From assembly GCF_963921235.1 (NCBI RefSeq), contig NC_086097.1:60142001-60206000 (forward strand): a DNA stretch of 64,000 nt, given 5' to 3'. Under the pieces are notes generated by a model. The model did no database searches. It worked only from the letters and a program-made list of their open reading frames with translations, and was not told where the DNA came from. The stretch comes from Mobula hypostoma (Eukaryota). The translations under genes were made by a program, and so were the position numbers. Positions 10,836 through 24,530 of this stretch are shown here, one piece after another (the first letter of the stretch is position 1; each line of letters begins with the position of its first letter).

Positions 10836-12980
10836 TTCAGAATCAGGTTTAATATCACTGACATATGTCGTGAAATTTGTTCTTTTGCAGCAGCAGTAGA
10901 GTGCTGCTTCCGATCAGGATGGCGTCTGCATACAATGCTCCTTCAGTTGACGTCCACTGGATAGATCATGAAACCATATATTTCACTTCTGTTATGTCTT
11001 TTATGTTTGTTTTTCATTTTGCATGTGATCCTGGAAGCATTGGAGCCTGTGATTTGCTGTTTGGAGATCGTTTGGGTGTTCCAGCTCTCTGCTGTTTCTG
11101 AGAAAATTCCTGGAGGCAGAGACAGCATGGTGAAAGCCAATGCACAACTCCACTTCAGCGATAAAAGCTTCGATTTTTTGCTGATTAAAGCAACGAGGGA
11201 GATTGAAACATTGAGGCGAATGCATAAGTTTGAAGATCATTTGAGTGCTTCAGTGCTCTGCAGTCTCTGATAGGATTCTCAGAGACAGAGGCAAAGTGCA
11301 CAAACCTTATGGTGGGCAGGCTGCAGGACCTGGCACGAGCCAATGTTTGACTCCGTTTCTCCGATTAAAGCTTCCATTGTTTGGTGATTAAAACGACATG
11401 GGGGATTGAAACATCAAGGCGAATGCAAAAGCTGAGCACTGCCTACGTTCTGATTGCTGAAGATCACTCTGCTACTCTAACAGTGAGTTGAGAGCCTGCC
11501 ACTGTGCCCAGAGAAAGCTGCCCAGGTTTTCTGTGTTTTGGATATGGACTTGGACTATAGACATTTTTAACACTTATAGATTTTTTGTATTCTGTGCTTT
11601 TCGCCTGATCTTTCTTGCTTTTTTTGCGTATGGGCAGGGATAGAATTTAGGGGTCAATGTGGCTGTTCTGCTTTGTTTGTTTTATTGTGCAGTGAGGAGG
11701 GATTTGGGGGTTGATGTTCCTGTTTCGTTTTTGTTCATTTTTTGTGCAGGGAGGTGGAATTTGGGTGTTGATGATTGTGCTGCTTATCTTGTCTTTTCCA
11801 TCTTCATTTCATGGCTATCCAGAGAGGAAGAATTTCAGAGTTGTATACTTTGATAATAAATGAACCTTGGAACCTTTGAATCTTTTGCAATACATAATAA
11901 TGAAAAACTATAGGTTACAAGAAGAAATATATATAAGAATTACATTAAAGAAGTATTGCAAAAAGAGAGCAAAAAAATATTGAGTTGGGGTACATGGGTT
12001 CATTGTCCATTTAGAAATCTGATCCCGGAGGGGACAAAGCTGTTCTCTGAAATGTTGAGTTGTGCTTTCAGTCTCCTGTACATCCTCGTTGATGGTAGCA
12101 ATGAGAATATGTACTGGGTGATGTGGGTCCTTAATGATGGATCCTGCCTTTTGAAGGTGTCCTCGATGTTTGGAAGGTTGGTGCCATGATGGAGCTGGCA
12201 GAGTTAACAACTTTCTACAGCTTTTTCCATCCCTTGCAGTGGCCCTTCCATACCAGACAGTGACATACCCAATTAGAGTAATCTCCACAGTACATCTGTA
12301 GAAATTTGTGGAGGTCTTGGGTAACATACCATCTCCTCAAACACCTAATGAAATATCGTCACTGTTGTGCCTTTTTTTTGTAATTACATCAATATGTTGG
12401 GCCCAGGATAGACCCTCAGAGATGTTGACACCTTGGAATTTGAAACCAATCACCTTTCCACTGTTAATACCTCAATGTTTACTTGTGTGCTTTTTCTCAA
12501 CTTCCCTTTCCTGAAATTCACATAAATCCCTTGGCCTTACTGACGCTGTATGCAAGGTTATTGCCATGCCACTACTCACTGCTGTTTGTCCTGTCATCAC
12601 TATCTGAAATTCTGGCAACAATAGCTGTCATCATCAAATTTATAGATGGCACTTGAGCAGTGACTAGCCACAGAGTCGCGGGTGTAAAGAGAGTAAAACA
12701 GTGTGCTAAGCACACAACCCTGAGGTGCACCTATGTTGACTGTCAGTGAGGAAGAGATGTTACTTCTGATTTGCGCTGACTGTGGTCTCTTGATGAGGAA
12801 ATTGTAGACCCAGTTGCCGAGGGAAGTACAGAGGCCCAGATTTTGGAGTTTGTTGATTAGCACTGAGGGTATGATTGCGTAGAACGTAGCACTATAATCA
12901 ATAAACAGCAACCTGAAATAGGTATTACTATTGTCCAGGTGATCCAAGGCAAAGTGGAGAGTCAGTATGATTGCATCCCT
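10836..12980 (-). mobile_element. Rex1/Babar-like LINE, 5'-truncated, split by the insert at 10901-11881
   Basis: ORFs 12600-13007 (RLLFIDYSATF, GAPQGCVLSTLFYSLYT, YKFDDD) and 11908-12327 (NFYRCTVE, IIKDPHHP). Tail reads ATTCAGAATCAG on + at about 10836. Confidence 0.8.
10901..11881 (+). mobile_element. Non-coding retroposon of about 1 kb with Rex1-type 3' end (putative non-autonomous)
   Basis: Begins near CTTCCGATCAGGATGGCG and ends GTATACTTTGATAATAAATGAACCTTGGAACCTTTGAA, like the ends at about 1730 and 10670. Interrupts a LINE 3' UTR and has an internal duplicated unit. Confidence 0.55.
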
Positions 12981-13024
12981 CAGGTTCTTATTAAATCTTT
13001 CCTTCAAGTGTAATCAAAATTTAG

Positions 13025-14330
13025 AGTCATAGACAGCACAGAAATGGGCTCTTGGGCCCAACTAGTTCATACTGACCAAAATATCTATCTGCACTAACCT
13101 CAGTTGTCTATGTTTGTCTCACGTCCCTCTTAAAATTCCTATCCATGTATCTGTTCAAATGTTTTTGTAAATATTGTAACTGTACTCACCTCTACAGCTT
13201 TCTCTGGCAGCCTGTTCCATATCCTTACCACTTTCTAAGTGAAAAGTTGCCCCTCAGGCCCTTCTCGCCTTAATTCTATGCCTGCTGGTTGAGATGCCCA
13301 TGGGGAAAAATATGACCTTCCTCCTTATCTACGCACTTCATCATTTTTATTTACTACCAAGAAGGTCATCACTCAATCTCCTACACTCCAGGGAAAACAG
13401 CCCCAGCCTATCCAGCCTCTCCTTGTATCTCAATCGGTCCCAGTAACTTCCTCTAGTCTACATTTCCACTGTAGGAATATAAGCAGGGTTAAGCAACATG
13501 CGCCATCAAGCCTGTTTCTCCATTCAAAATCAGTCATGGGTAAACTGACTGTAACCTCAACTCACATTCCTGCCCACTCTCGGTCACATTTCTCTCTCTT
13601 GATTATCACCTATTGTACCTATGTAAATTTGCCTTTAATATATTCTTCTTCCTCAGCCTTTGAAGAAGACTCATAGTCCTTTTGGGAAAGACAGTTGTCT
13701 CACATCTGTCTTAAATAGAGTCTTACAGCATAGAAACAGATGCTTCAGCCCAATTCATCCATACCAAACAAGATACACATCTAAATTCACACCATTTGCC
13801 AACATTTGACCCACATCCTGTGAACACTTTCCAATCTATGTTCCTGTAGGAGCTATGCATCTGTTCCCTATCTGCATTGTATTCTGTGTTGTGTGTTTAT
13901 TATGGTAACTACTCACATTAATGGGGTCATGCTAAAAGTGAAGCGAATAAGTTACGTATTCTTGCTTTGTTCCTGGCAGTTTGGGACTGGCGGATGTTGT
14001 ATATTTTGTTGACCACTCAATATTGCTCAATTACGTTTACCTTACACTTTGGTACATGTAAGTTTCATCACTTCAAGATTGTATGTTTGCTAATTGCTAG
14101 TAAATAACAGAATACATATTCTCGACTTTTGGAGCAAACATTACAGGAATGAGTATAACAACTCCTCAGGATCACTGACAGTTGTTCTGCTTTGTCCGCT
14201 ACTGTGCATGTTGTTATTGTACCTGCCTCATCCACTTCCTCTGGGAGCTCATTCCATGTACATACACACCACTCACTATGTGAAAAAAGCTGTCCCTCAG
14301 GGCTCTCTTCAATCATTTCTTCACTTATAA
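13025..14330 (-). mobile_element. Cluster of old CR1 3' fragments and other LINE tails
   Basis: Repeated CR1 3'-UTR motifs (CACAGAAATGGGCTCTTGGCCC, CATAGAAACAGATGCTTCAGCCC) and the C-terminal remnant WNELPEEVDEAGTITT. Confidence 0.6.
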
Positions 14331-15074
14331 AAACAACACCTTATTTTTAAGAAGTCACCACTGTCCCACATGTGGAGAAATCCTCTCCACGTTCAACCTG
14401 TGAAGAAATCTGTGGCATTAAATGTATGAGCTTCTATCAGCACATAAAGAGAAAAAAAGTAAAATCAATTCCCTCAGAAAATGAGACCGGAATAAATAAC
14501 ATGTGATAGCAAAATGGCAGATATTCTAAAATAATCATTTTTGATTAGAGTCCACAGAATATGATGCAAAAAAGAATCCCAGTGATAAAAGGTAATCAAG
14601 GGGTTGATGACAGAGGGTGAATTTAAAAAGGACTATATCATTGAAGAAAATGGAATGGGCAATGTATTGTGGCTAACGCGATCAAGACCCCCGAATCCAA
14701 TGGCTGTATTCTAGTATCTTAAATAAAGTGGCTGAAGAGATACTTTTCAAGGTGGAGTTTCATGAACATTTGAGTAACGACTAAGATAATATGTAGGTAG
14801 AGAGAGCAGGAAAGAGGTACAGAGTGTAAAATATCAGCAGCCATGATCTTACTGAGGGATGGATCATCCTGAGTGACCCATAAGATGCTGGAGATCTTGT
14901 GAATCAAACTGAACCTTGTGGAGGCAAAGGGATGTTTACATTTTCTCACACTGGAACGCTAACTATTCCATGGATGCCGTCTAATCTGCTGAGTTTCTCC
15001 AGCAATTTGTCTCTTGGCTCAAGAAGCTAATCATTGTAATCCTTTTCCTCTTTATTATGTTACTGTGCTTCGGT

Positions 15075-15306
15075 TAAATGGTCCTCTCAGTTCTTCTAAA
15101 CTCCACCAGATGCAAGCTTAAGCTGTTGGACCTATCCTGATAGACAACCTCCTCACTCCAAGTATCAATCTAGTGAACCTTCTCCAAGCTGCTTCTAACA
15201 AACTAATATTTCTCCAGAATACTACACTGTATTCCAAATATGGTTTCACCAATGCCTTAGATAACTGAGGCATAATCTCCCTAGTTTTGTATTCAATTCC
15301 TTTAAC
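15075..15306 (-). mobile_element. Old CR1 ORF2 fragment (continues at 19678-19950, beyond the Gypsy insertion)
   Basis: KGIEYKTREIMPQLSKALVKPYLEYSVVFW...RRFTRLI. Confidence 0.7.
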
Positions 15307-18300
15307 TGTTATGATTCTCCTTAATAAAGACAAACTTGGTGTGGATTTAACGCTAAAATGTTTTATTACTGAACTGTGGTTCAACACTGAGTACATGTGA
15401 CTGGGTCACCATCGAAGCTTTCGGTTCTGGGTGAACCACCTACATTGCCCATTGGGAACTGAAGTTGTTTATTATGCACATATAATAACACATCTTCCCC
15501 CTTTAATAAAAAAAAACGAACACAATGCTGCATCCTCATAAACCTGCAAGGAACAATAATCATTTCCAACAAAGGTATCTAGCTCGTCCCTTTTCTTTTT
15601 CTAAAAATATTTCAACTTCAATTGTAACAGGCAAATGCAGTCCCTTATCCACTTATCACCTTTCAATCAGTCTCTGAATGGTTTAGTGATACTATTTGGT
15701 CTGTTATTTGTTCCACAAGTGTATTGCTTTTACTTGCTGTGTTAATATTTGTGTCTTTTTGAGAACTCTGTTCAACATATTCATTTCTTACAAATGCTGT
15801 CCCCTTTGTTGTACTGACAAGAGACGTGTCACAGCTATTGGTTGAAGCTTGTGGTCGTATATCCGAACAATTCCTTCTCAGAGGTGTCCCTCATTCTGAC
15901 TGAATCGAGTAGGAATGTGCAGCTACTTCCTCTTGTGTATAGCCTTGTATGAATTATGTTCCAGAATTGTGATCTTGGATATGCACTTGATCTCCAGGCT
16001 TCAGGACTGGTAGGCTTTTTGCAGTCTTGTCATGATACTGCTTGTGATTTTCTTTCCCTTTCACTTTAGCAAATTTGACCATGTGTGCTCCTTTAGGCGT
16101 CAACAGGTTTTTATGCACTGGAAGGTTTGTATGTGTGCATTGACCCATCAGCATTTGGACTGCTGAAAGGCCATTCTGCAGTGGAGCGCTTCTGTAAACC
16201 ATCAGGATTTTGTGGAAGTCCTTTTGTCCCGCTTGCACTTTTGTCATGAGGCCCTTCACTACTTTGACCAAAGTCTCTACCAGACCATGAAATTTTGGGT
16301 GATATGGGCTTGAAGTTGCATGTCAAAATCCGTAATCATTGGCAAAGGACTTAAACTCACAGCTCAAAAATTGTGGACCTTTGTCTGATACCATTTCACA
16401 TGGATCTCCATGTCTCACAAACAGCTTTCAGGAAGGTGATGACTGCTTTGCTAGATGTTGATTGCAGTGTTGCAGCCTTGGGGTAATAGGAAAAGTTGTC
16501 TGTTACAACAATATGACTCTTCCCATTACAATTAAACAAATCCACTCCAACTTTGAAGAATGGTCTGTCTGGTACTGGGTGTGGAGTAAGCTGTTCTGCC
16601 TGCTGCTTTGATTCATTCTTGGCATGTACATCACTTCATGAACTCTATATTTACGTTTTTCCTCACCAAGAGGCCTTTCGTGTAGCTTCTGGAGAACTTC
16701 CTTATGTGTGACACTGGAATCACAAACCTGTTCCCTTTGAAGTCCATATTTTTCACTACTGACTGTTCAGCTCTGCGTGCTAAGTAATCCCAAATGCCCA
16801 TTGGACAGTCATTCTTAGCTGCTAGCCATCCTTTCCATAGTGTCTCTTTGAGTACTCTCATTGTTTCATCTGTCCCTGTTGCTTTCCTAATCTTCGTTGT
16901 TCTATCAGGATACACTGGAAAGAAAGGGACAATCAGGTCAATCTGAATTAATATCTTAGTCACTCTTTAATTCTTTGTTGACTGCTGAAGGCAGTGCATC
17001 AGTGGTGTGTAGATCACATCATATTTCTGCAGCCTTATCAGCATGCACTGTATCCTCAAGGAACAGTCATTCAATGGATTGGACAAAATTAAGACCTGTG
17101 GATTATGGTCCGTCTCCACTTCTAAAGCTTGTGCATAAGTATACTGATAGAACCTATTCATGCATATGTGTTGGCAAGAATCTCTTTCTCTATCTGTGCA
17201 TTGTTGGCTTCCACACTTGTTAAGACTTTTGATATATAGGCCACAGGTTGCTATCTGTCATCATGCTGCAGCAGTACAGTAGTACTACTCCAAAACCATA
17301 CTGGGACACATCAGCTGAGATCCTAATGCACCTTTCCGGATCATAAAACTGCACCCCAGGCTCTTCTGTTAGGACTCTTTTCAGCATCTAGAAAGATTCT
17401 TCTTGGTTGTGAGACAATTTCAGTCATTATGCTGTTCAAGGAGTGACCTAAATGGTGCTCACACAGTAGACAGTTGAGAGATGATCTTAGCCAGATAAGT
17501 CACCATCACCAAGAACCTTCTTTGTTTTGGGGTCTCTCCATGTTTTCATTGGCTGATGACTTTCTTGGGTCAGGGTTCACTCCCTCTTCAGGTATGACAT
17601 CTGCTATGAAAGTCAGTGATTTAACACCAAACTCATATTTCTCTTTATTTAATTTCAAATTGACATTCCATGTCACGTCTTGCATCTGTCTCAGTTGGAC
17701 ATCATGTTCATCCTTAGTGGACCCCAGATGATGATGTCATCCATCATGGTCTCAGCACCCCAGGTATGCCCAGATGGTTTTATGGTAGATTTCTAGGGCA
17801 GAGAGAATCCCATATGGTAGCTGAAGAAAGTGATATCTTCCCTGTGGTGTGTTAAAGATACACAGTCTTGAATCTGCCAAAACCCAGAGGATGTGTTCAG
17901 CTTGCTAAAGCACTTGGCATCTGCAAACCTGGACATGATCTCCCCCTTGTTGCTCCATTTTTCTTTTGGTCAATGATCAGTGAGCTCTCCCAGTCTGTTG
18001 TTTCTTCAATTTTCTGTATGCTTATCCGTTCCATGCATGCTAGCTCTTGTTTCAGTTTGTCTCTAAGTGCAAATGAAACTTCCCTGCATGCTTGGACAAC
18101 AGAAACCACTGTCTCATCCACATGAATTTTGTGTACACCAGGTTAGCATCTGAGCCCCTCAAAGTCATCTACATACATGTCAGGTGTTCACCTATGGTCT
18201 GTGAAGCCACTACAAAAGCTCCTTTCAACAGGTTGAGCTTTTCACATGCACTCCGACCTAATATTGGCTGTACTCCGTTTTCTACAATCAGTAGCTGTGC

Positions 18301-19672
18301 CTTTAGGTGCTGCCTCTTGTGCTTGAAGGTCACTATACAGCCCCCTTTTACTGAAGCGTTCTTTACAGTATAACCAGTTACTTTCAACTTCACTGGGTAA
18401 ATCTTGCTGTTTACTTTGAGAGTCTTGTAATCATCCAGAGTTAACAGATTCACCTGGGCTCCTGTGAATGAATGGAATTGAACAGAATGAAATTACTGAC
18501 TCATTCACAGTCTCTGGAGCAATCCATTCTTATTTACCAGCACCAGCAGTCTGTAGAGAAACTTCAAAAACTTCCTCCATTTTCTCATCAACTGTGTGCA
18601 GCTTTATCGTAGTAGCCCCAGCTTTGCAGCACTTCGTAGAATGTTTCTTCTTCCCACAATTATTGCAGGACTTTCCATAAGCAGTTTACATCTTTGGAAT
18701 GTGACTACCTCCACATTTGCTGTTTGAGCCCACCTCTTTGCTTTGCTGTTGCTTTGGGAAATGCCTTGTGTGCTGCTCTTCTGTTTTCAAAACAATCACT
18801 TTTGTATTTGTCCTGTGCATCTCCTTAGCTTATGCTCGTGTGGTCTCTGCTGCCCTACACATATCCACAGAATTTTCCAACATCAAATCTTTTTTATGGA
18901 GTAGTCTTTCTCTAAGTCCATCATCTGAAATTCTGCAGATCATTCTGTCTCTTCTCAAATCTTCAGATTCACTGGACTTGCTTAGTGTTTGAAGCTCGGC
19001 TCGGTATTGGTTGAAGCTAAAACTTTGTTTCTGATCACAGAAAAAAAAACGTATATCTCTCAAATGTGATGTTTTTACTTGGGACAAAATACTCCTCAAA
19101 TTTTGTCATCAGCGTGTCCAATGTAAAAGCTGTCTCATTGATTTGAAAGCTGTTGTAGATGTCCAACTGCATGCAGAAAAATATACGTTTTCAATTTTTC
19201 ATCAGTCCCTCCCACTCCACTAACTGCTAAATATATATCGAATTGCTATTTGAAGCATTTTCAATTATCAGAAAGATTGCCTGTATAAGGCATAAATGCA
19301 GGAGGACTTAGTTTATCCATGGCAAGAATTTTTGGCCTCTCTCATGAATCTCTTAGTGAGTCCAGTGAACTTCTGAATTTCTGGATCAGTGTGCTCTCTT
19401 GCTAGCCTGCTTCTCTCTGTCAGAACTAGCATCTTTTTCTCAGTCATTTAATCTCTGTGCTTAGACCACACGCTGACTTCTGAGACCATGTTATTTGTTC
19501 TTAATAAAGACAAACTTGGTGTGAGTTTAATGCTGAAACATTTTATTACTGAACTTCTGTTGAACATTGAGCACGTGCAACCAGATCACCATTGAAGATT
19601 CTGTGTCCAGGTGAACTGCCTGTGTTGCCCATTGGGAAGTGATGTTCTTTATTATACACACATAATAACAGA
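15307..19672 (-). mobile_element. Complete decayed Gypsy LTR retrotransposon, Mag-like clade
   Basis: LTRs of about 185 bp at 15307-15492 and 19489-19672; PBS TGGTCTCAGAAGT (19476-19488, tRNA-Leu type); PPT AAAGGGGGAAG next to the 3' LTR; TSD TTAAC (15302-15306, 19673-19677). Gag (RDRMICRISDDGLRERLL), protease (PILGRSAC), RNase H (VETDHNP) and integrase (YRSAP..QMLMG) remnants, all disrupted. Confidence 0.9.
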
Positions 19673-19994
19673 TTAACAATAAACTATAACTTCTTGTGAG
19701 TTTTACTAATTATTTACTGCACACTAGCCTTTTGTGAAATCATGAACTAGGGCACCCAGATCCTTCTGAATCTCAGACTCATACAGTCCCTCACTTTTTA
19801 AATAATACGCTGTTTCTTTATTTTCTTCCTAGTATAAACAGTTTTTGTCACTTATTTAAGCTATGCATATCCTTTGTAGCTGTTTTATGACCTCATCACA
19901 AGCTATGTTCTTATCTATTTTGTACCATCAAATTAGTGGCAATACCTTCTCTAAATTCATTCAAATCAAATGTAAAATATTGATGCCTTAACCA

Positions 19995-22900
19995 AGATTG
20001 ACAAATGAGGAAGAGTAAAATACCCAACGGACAGAGTATTTCAGAGAATTACCGATTAGAGCACCAGCAACTGAAGAACTTCACGTACAAGAGGCTTCCG
20101 AGGAATTCAACATCAACACAGATCCACTCAAGAAAGACAAGGTTGTTGCTGCAATTAAATCATTAAATAACAGCAAAACTCCAAGACATGACAATTTGAA
20201 CGGCAAACTGTTCAAAGTTGAGCCAAAAGCAGCAGCAGCCATCCTGCGACCACTGTTTACTATAATCTGTGAATGGGGGAAAATATCCAAGAACTGGACA
20301 AAGGGAATTAATGTTAGGATCCCCAAGAAAGGAGTGCTAAGTGATTGCAACAACTGGGGTGACATCACACTTTTGTCAGTGCCCGGCAAGATTCTCAACA
20401 AAGTCATTGTCCATTGGATTACAGATGGACAATGTGTGCTTGAGGAAAGAGCAAGCTGGGTTCAGGAGAAACTGAGGCTGTGTCAAACAGATCTTCTTGC
20501 TGCGCAACATCATAGAGCAGAGCATAGAGTGGCAGAGACAACTGTATGTGCATTTTGCAGACATTGAGAAAATTTTTAATAGCATCCACATGGAGAGCTT
20601 CTGGCAAATTCTCAGATCGTACAGAATCCCTTCTGAGATTATCCAGCTTATCCTAACTCTATACTAACTTCACCTGCACAGTTGGGGACTACAGTTTGAG
20701 CTTTGAAGTCAAGACAGGAGTCAGGCAAGACTCTGTGATGTTAGCGATAATGTTTAACATGGTGATTTACTGGGTTATGATGCAAACAGTGAAAGATAAG
20801 CAGAGAGGCATTAGGTAGACTTTATTCTCTACTTCAGAAGGCTTTGAGTTTGAGGGTGACCTCGCATTACTATCACAAACACACCAGCACATGTGAAGGA
20901 AAACTCAGTGCCTGTGTACCACTGGTGGACAGGCTGGACTCAGAGTCAGTTAGAGAAAGACTGAGACCATGACTCTCAGTGCAGAGTCTCCTCCTCCCAT
21001 CAAGTCTTATGGCATCAATAGACAATAGACAATAGACAATAGACAATAGACAATAGGTGCAGGAGTAGGGGCTATACAGCCCTTCAAGCCAGCATCGCCA
21101 TTCACTGTGATCATGGCTGATCATTCACAATCAGTACCCTGTTCCTGCCTTCTCCCCATATCCCTTGACTCCACTATCTTTAAGAGCTCTATCTAACTCT
21201 TTCTTGAAAGAATCCAGAGAATTGACACCCACTGCCTTCTGAGGCAGAGCATTCCACAGATCCACAACCCTCTGTGTGAAAAAGTTTTTCTTCAAATCCG
21301 TTCTAAATGGTCTACCCCTTACTCTTAAACTGTGGCCTTCGGTTCTGGACTCCCCCAACATCGGGAACATGTTTCCTGCCTCTAGCAAGTCCAATCCCTT
21401 AATAATCTTATATGTTTCAATCAGATCCCCTCTCATCCTTCTAAATTCCTGTGTATATCAGCCCAGTCGCTCCAATCTTTCAATATGTGACATTCCCGCC
21501 ATCCCTGGAATTAACTCAGTGAACCTACGCTGCACTCCCTCCATAGCAAGAATGTCCTTCCTCAAATTTGGAGACCAAAACTGCACACAATACTCCAGGT
21601 GGGGTCTCATCAGGGCCTCGTACAACTGCAGAAGGACCTCTTTGCTCCTGTACTCAACTCCCTTTGTTATGAAGGCCAACATGCAATTAGCTTTCTTCAC
21701 TGCCTGCTGTACCTGTATACTTGCTTTCAGTGACTGATGAACAAGGACACCCAGATCTCATTGTACTTCCACTTTTCCTAAATTGACTCCATTCAGATAG
21801 TAATCTGCCTTCCTGTTCTTGCCACCAAAGTGGATAACCTCACATTTATCCACATTAAACTGCTTCTGCCATGCATCTGCCCACTCACCCAACCTGTCCA
21901 AATCATTCTGCATTCTCATAACATGCTCCTCACATTTCACACTGCCACCCAGCTTTGTGTCATTGGCAAATTTGCTAATGTTACTTTTAATCCCTTCATC
22001 TAAATCATGAATGTATATTGTAAATAGCTGCAGCCCCAGCACCGAGCATTGCGGTACCCCACTAGTCGCTGCCTGGCATTCTGAAAAGGACCCGTTAATC
22101 CCTACTCTTTGTTTCCTGTCTGCCAACCAATTTTCTATCCATGTCAGTACCCTACCTCCAGTACCATGTGCTCTAATTTTGCCCACTAACCTCCTATGTG
22201 GAACCTTATCAAATGCTTTTTGAAAGTCCAGGTACACTACATCCACTGGCTTTCCCAAGTCCATTTTCATAGTTACATCCTCAAAAAATGCCAGGAGATT
22301 AGTCAAGCATGATTTCCCCTTCATAAATCCATGCTGACTCGGACCTATCCTGCTACCGCTATCCAAATATGCCGCTATTTCATCTTTTATAATTGACTCC
22401 AGCATCTTCCCCACCACTGATGTCTGACTAACTGGTCTAATATTGCCTGTTTTCTCTCTCCCTCCTTTCTTAAAAAGTGGGATAATATTAGCTACCCTCC
22501 AATCTGCAGGAACTGATCCTGAATCTATAGAACATAGGAAAATGATTACTAATGCATCCACGATTTCTAGAGCCACCTCCTTAAGTACCCTGGGATGCAG
22601 ACCATCAGGCCCTGGGGACTTATCAGCCTTCAGTCCCATCAGTTTACCCAACACCATTTTCTGCCTAATGTGAATTTCCTTCAGCTCCTCCATTACCCTA
22701 GGTCCTCTGGCCACTATTACATCTGGGAGATTGTTTGTGTCTTCCCTAGTGAAGACAGTTCCAAAGTACCTGTTCAGCTCATCGGCAATTTCCTTGTTCC
22801 CCATAATAATTTCACCCGTTTCTGTCTTCAAGGGCCCAGCTTTGGTCTTAACTAATTTTTTCCTCTTCACATACCTAAAGAACCATAGACTTACCCTGCA

Positions 22901-23500
22901 CCGCCAATTCGCCTACCGAGGCAGCATCATTTGGCAGGATGGTGGGACCATGCACGACATTCAGTGCAGACTCTGCAAAGCTAGAAACGTCTTCAGATCA
23001 ATAAGCAAATATGGGGATCAACAAAGAACAGCATGAACACCATGGTGAAGCTGTAACAGAGCTGTGTTCTGTCCTCACTCTAGTATGGGTCAGAATGTTG
23101 GCGCATGACAGAGATCAATCTTGCCAAGCTGTTATCATTCCACACCATGAGCTCCGGAAAATCCTCTGTATTTTCTTGCCAAAAAAAATCTCGAACCACA
23201 TCCTCCTCCTTCAGTGTCAGCAAGAGCACGTGGCCACACCATCATGAGGAAACATTGGAAATGAATTAGGTACGTGATGAGAAGAGAGGCCAACTCCATC
23301 ATCAGTACAGCATTTCACTGGACCCCTGAAGGGCGGCGGAAACATGAGAGACCAAAGGCAACTTGACGCTGTAGAGGCAGATATGAGAACCCTGAACCAC
23401 ACAGGGGCACAATAGAGAAGATGGCTAAGAACAGACAGAGATAGAGGTCCTTTGTTGCTGCCCTAAACGCTAGTGGCATAACAGGCATTTAATGATGATG
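19995..23500 (+). mobile_element. RTE-clade LINE, 5'-truncated, interrupted by CR1 21016-22882
   Basis: IPKKGVLSDCNNWGDITLLSVPGKIL, GVRQ and DLALL remnants. 3' end TTGCTGCCCTAAACGCTAGTGGCATAACAGGCA with (TGA)n tail. Confidence 0.8.
21016..22882 (-). mobile_element. 5'-truncated CR1 LINE (RT and C-terminus) with (TCTATTG)n tail
   Basis: ORF 21758-22870 (KSPGPDG, YLDFQKAFDKVPH, FAND in place of FADD), plus ORFs 21458-21700 and 21131-21436. (CAATAGA)n on + at 21016-21056. Confidence 0.93.
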
Positions 23501-24019
23501 AATTGCACAGATCCCTGTGTCACACGTTTCATTACATATTGCCAGCCAGATAAACTCCCAAATATGTCCACTCTTTCTTTTCAGTTAGACAATCTACACC
23601 AACATGTTATCACTTCTGCAATAGGTTTACACTTTCTGTAACATTTTATCAAATTCCTTCTTGAAAACTAAGGGTGTTGAATCTTTTATCCAAAGTGCTT
23701 ATTATTCCTTTAATTGACAAAAATGATTTTCCTTTCACAAAATCACGAATATCTTGATACATTTTTCTTTAAGAGCCCAGGACAGACAGGCATCTTGTGC
23801 ACTCCTCTAGGAGCTGGAGTCAGGGCTAATCCCACAGTGTTCACACGGCTGAAGACAAGCTCATGTGGTCGACTGAAGATTTCAATGGACTAAGGCTCCA
23901 GACTATATACATGTACATTTTTGTGTGGTGGTAGTATTTTTAACTGATATTCTATATGGCTTGTTATCTTGCAAATGTGAGGACTGGGTCACAAGCCATG
24001 GTATTGTTTGGGGGTTGGG

Positions 24020-24530
24020 AGTTCCTATTCCTAGTGGGGCGGCGGGAGGATGGGGTGAGATCAGATGTGCGTGAAATGGGAGAGATGTGTTTGAGAGCAG
24101 AGTTGATGGTAGAGGAAGGGAAGCCCCTTTCTTTAAAAAAGGAGGACACCTCCTTCGTCCTGAAATGAAAAGCCTCATCCTGAGAGCAGATGGGGCAGAG
24201 ATGGAGGAATTGTGAGAAGGGGATGGCATTTTTGCAAGAGAAAGGGTGAGAAGAGGAATAGTCCAGATAGCTGTGAGAGTCAGTGAGTACGCTTATAGTA
24301 GGCATCAGTAGATAAGCTGTCTCCAGAGATAGAGACAGAAAGATCTAGAATGGGGAGAGAGGTGTCGGAAATGGACCAGGTAAACTTGAGGGCAGGGTGA
24401 AAGTTGGAGGCAAAGTTAATGATGTCAATGAGCTCAGCATGCGTGCAGGAAGCAGCGCCAATGCAGTCGTCGATGAAGCGAAGGAGAAGTGGGGAACAGA
24501 TAACAGAATAGGTTTGGAACATAGATAAGT
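24020..24530 (-). mobile_element. Penelope-like element RT fragment (inverted relative to its neighbour)
   Basis: LRFIDDCIG...NFHPALKFTWS...LPILDLSV...YYKRT (PLE RT core) and YLDYSSSHP..CKNAIPFSQF (thumb region). Confidence 0.85.

Noticed and set aside
21016..21056. (CAATAGA)n array as a CRISPR-like or telomeric repeat
   Set aside because: It has no spacers and is the 3' tail of the adjacent CR1. The context is eukaryotic.
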